Below, one piece after another: positions 60,401 to 64,000 of a DNA stretch of 64,000 nt (within the stretch, counting starts at the first letter, position 1; each line of letters starts with the position of its first letter). Both the position numbers and the translations under genes were made by a program. The stretch comes from Iphione sp. A-MEVVRFRX5 (lineage: Eukaryota), in NCBI GenBank assembly GCA_976226885.1, contig OZ320314.1, forward strand, positions 72,354,001-72,418,000, read 5' to 3'. The notes beneath the pieces were generated by a model. The model did no database searches. It saw only the letters and a program-made list of their open reading frames with translations, and was not told the origin of the DNA.

Positions 60401-63400
60401 CGCGTGCAGTTTATTGCAGAATGAGGTATGTTCCTTCTTTTGCTAAAGATACTACATTCACAATTTGAAAACACTTGTCCTATCTTGGCACGGCTTTCTA
60501 TCCTCCACTTCTTTCGTGCAAGATCCACACGAAGATCTGAAATGTCATCTGGCGATGATTTATTCCTCTGTCATCGTTTTCCCAAATGGCTGGCACTGTA
60601 TTCAACGTACGCCTGAGAAGCTCATAGTGCCCATAACCTTCGCATTGAACCGCGACGGGTACCTCCGCGGAACGCAAAGAAGCGAGGATTTCGTCGAGGC
60701 ATTCAAACCATAACAGGTCAACTGTCTGTCAATAGGGAAGCAGCTTAACACCGGTGACGTCGTTTTACGGAGAGCAATGACGAGCATCTTTTGTTTCTAG
60801 CAAATGAGATTTCAGATTAATTCTCAAAGTACACCGGTTGGCCGCGGGAGGCGTGCTGACGGTAGGATTATCTGGTAGAAGCACAAAACATAGCCGTGAC
60901 CGCTTTTTTCTTATCGTGACACTGTCTATTTCATCTTCCATCGTATCGATCAGGCCTAACGTGGATGTCCTTCTTGCCCGCAGGTCGACTGTCAATCACA
61001 ACTCAGTCTCCGCCCCAAGGGCGTGTTTCTTTACGGAGCCTATCGTCCTGTTTACAATGATCAGCATAAAAAGTCTCCAGAGGCTTGGAAGCATCGCAAG
61101 GGGAGACTGCCTTTCAAGTGTACCCAGAGGACCAACGTATTGGGCGAAGCAAATTGCTTTGAAGTTGGGTACAATTAGCACGGGCTATAGAGACTGTTTA
61201 ATATTGCATCATATTCGCGGGGACTGCCGTCGCCAAGCTGTGCCAATGCCTGAGAGACAGGGCACAGCCACGCGAAGCCACTCAGGCATGGGAAGCCAGT
61301 CACACATCATCAATGAACCCGGCGACTGCCTCTCTATCGGTAAGGTTAGCCTAATCCTTCAAGACTGCCTCATCAGTGATGATAGCCACTTCATGCTAGG
61401 GCGGCAAATGTCGCACAATTTGCACGACTAATATATCCTCGGTGGGGCCTTGTGGGGGTATCAGACTCCGAACAGAGGGTCCGTTTCTGTGTTAATCGCC
61501 TGATTATAAAATTACTGACGAGATGTTATTAAAGAGAAATGGGTGCATATCAACGCTTGTATTTACTCAGCTTAACATGTACGCAGAGAGAGGAAAAAAA
61601 CAAATAATCCATTAATCGAGTGCTACATGTGTGTACTCCCTTTCTGACGGTGTCATGAAAATGTCTAATAAACCTTACTGATGACACTGGTAATTTCTGA
61701 CTACATTACAGTAAAAGGGAAGCAAGACTAAAACATGAGCATAGAGAGAGTAGTCCTACGGAGGAAAAAAACGAGTGCGTGCTGACAGTAGCATACTGGA
61801 ACACTGTGCGGGAACGAAATGGAAGGTACTAAGTAATGTGTCGAATTATGTTTCGAAACAAATCAATATAACAGAGCAATGATGGAGCTATAATGACCCG
61901 CAATATGGTACTCGCCGCCGCTGGGTCTTTCCCATGCTACTCTATCTCAGTCATAACGCTCGGGGAGAGGCGGGCGAATATCGTGTCCGCATCAGGGGCA
62001 CTCTGTTTATCTGTGGGCTTGTCGATGCGCCGACTGCCTGTAGGTCCCGGCGCCGGGTAGCCAGCCTGCCTGCCACGTCCGTAAACCTGAACCTTCCCAT
62101 AGCAGGTACTAATGCATTACCATCCACCTTTTCATGGCACCTCCACATGCGGGTATGGTGTAAAGGAGGAGCGAGGATGGGGCGGTGGGTGAGACTTCTC
62201 TTGCATGCGCTCGTGCAACCGGCAACGGACCGAGGCAGGGCGGGCCAGGGCGACCGTGCCATCAGCCTAATGGCCTGCTCGTGTAGGAGCCCACAGACAG
62301 CCGGTGTGCCTGGCTCTACAATAGATCCCCATCCCGTCGGCTGACCGGCCCACAAAGCGACCTCCATTAACGAATATTAACATCTCTCATCCACCCATCG
62401 AGATCCAAGGCCCGCCGACACTACTTTATTCTCGTAATCATATTGCCCCAGCTTTATTTCATGGTCTTAGCATTATCCCGCCTCGTGATTTGGACGCTCC
62501 CTTTAAAATGGCGATGATTAGATCTTCACAGTGAAAACACGATCTTCGCATCCTGGTTGGTATAGAACTGGATTCAAAGTCAACACGACCATGAGCATCG
62601 GTACGGGGGATCCCGTCGACCACACTCTTCGCTCTGGTCAGGGAATAGCACTGCGATGGTTCACTTTTGATTCAGGCGAAGAGCCCTTAGGGCCCTTCCT
62701 CGGCCTGAGAGAACGTTATCCATTTTCACGAACCTATCTGTGCAGCAATGTAAAATGCTTCACGGCACAAAGGCATGCGAATGATTAATCATTTCTATTA
62801 TTTGCACGGCTGTTCGAGGTTTATCAAAGGGGTGGTATCGGTGTGTTTGCGTGACTAAGTAGCGGCAGCACATCTACTCGCAGCCGCCGTCTCGCTGGCA
62901 TCCAAAACACAGCACATAAACACCATCCCCGTTATATCCATTAGCCCGGCTCCCTCTGTTCCCCTCGTGCTGGTGGAATAAAGCTAGTTTAGAGGCAGCG
63001 CTGTCACAAGTCGATTGGCTGCTACTTCGCAACATTCCCTTGGCGTCGTCACAATAAAATGCACAAAGGCAGATTGCGCTATCACTAAATAAATACGTTT
63101 ATATCGGTATGGACCTCACAGAAAGAAGGTCCTCCGAGCTGCGAGGTACGGCTGAGTAAATAGTGGGGAGAATTCATGTCCTTCGATAGGGGTTCGTTTT
63201 ACCCCCTAGTGCGCCTTCTGCATGGGAATGTTGCATGCTGCACTTGCCTGGCGCCTCTAGCAAGCTACCTTGGCTGAGGTGCTAAGAGAGGCTGTTCTCA
63301 TGACAAGCGTCACTGTACAGCATTCATTACCGGCCTGACAGAGCAGGGGACCCGCCGAGAGACCTTATCGGCTATTCGGAAGAGATAAATTTAGGTCATT

Positions 63401-63934
63401 CAGTTCTGGTGCAAACAAATAAAACATATTTCGGCTCTATTTGCGCTAACAGTTTGAAAAAGAAACATTATCACGCTATGGGTGCGTTAAAGGACCGTCC
63501 AATAGACGAATGCAGAAACTAATAGGGTCTACACCGCTCTTGACGTCCTTTGTGCGGGGCGAGGGTCCTCGTTTTGTAAGGCGCTGGCAGAGAGCGTCAA
63601 GGTTCACATGACGGTGAAGATTACAGCGCCGACAGGCGCTATGGCCCGGCAAAGCTGTCGTCACCGCACAATTACCCCTACCCATTTTTGAGAGGGTAGA
63701 AACAGGCCACATAATGCTTGAGAATATCTCGCCCCATGCGGTTGCCTGATTGTACAGGAGCCCTTCCCCTCTTTTCTTTACGTTCATTTGTACCTGTGTA
63801 TTGGAGCCAAGCCAACAAGAAACCTCACGCTCGTTATAGAGGGCTCCAGAATATAGAAGAGCGCGGACAGCCGGGGACTTCATGGCCACTCAGGCGGAAC
63901 CACTGAAAGCAAAGGTGTGAAGTAGCACTGACAC

Positions 63935-64000
63935 ATAGAGAGAGAGAGGGAGACAGAGAGGGAGACAGAGAGAGCAAGAGGGAGAGAGAGAAAGGGGGAG
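63935..64000. repeat. (GA)-rich microsatellite at the window edge
   Basis: agagagagagggagacagagag run is visible. Confidence 0.85.

Noticed and set aside
51438-64000. First coding exon of cpo
   Set aside because: No minus-strand phase-0 exon with a plausible acidic ending and donor was found; the candidate at about 58975 (gag|gtgaga) has an in-frame stop just upstream. The exon is probably outside the window.

Overview
This is eukaryotic DNA, most likely from a marine invertebrate; the species cannot be fixed from the sequence. Two spliced host genes face each other tail-to-tail. GTF2E2 (TFIIE beta) is on the + strand with 7 coding exons (270-10865, 278 aa) and one oversized last intron. A two-RRM couch potato/RBPMS/MEC-8-family gene is on the - strand with 8 coding exons (51437 down to 33596); its first coding exon was not found and probably lies beyond 64 kb. 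Between them are a decayed pogo/Tigger transposon (15801-18231), a piggyBac element (21430-24343), a PIF/Harbinger-like foldback MITE, a SINE head, a 43-bp minisatellite and several microsatellites. The piggyBac has TTAA target sites and a transposase that is intact once two GT-AG introns are removed (591 aa). The main points of interest are: (1) the intron-containing, apparently intact piggyBac with three phased GCCGG boxes at both ends; (2) the same convergent GTF2E2-RBPMS arrangement as in human 8p12, suggesting ancient microsynteny; and (3) three candidate splice routes to single-RRM cpo isoforms, one at the position where vertebrate RBPMS C-termini diverge. No CRISPR array, intact tRNA or rRNA was found, and most short ORFs in the supplied track look like chance or low-complexity ORFs.
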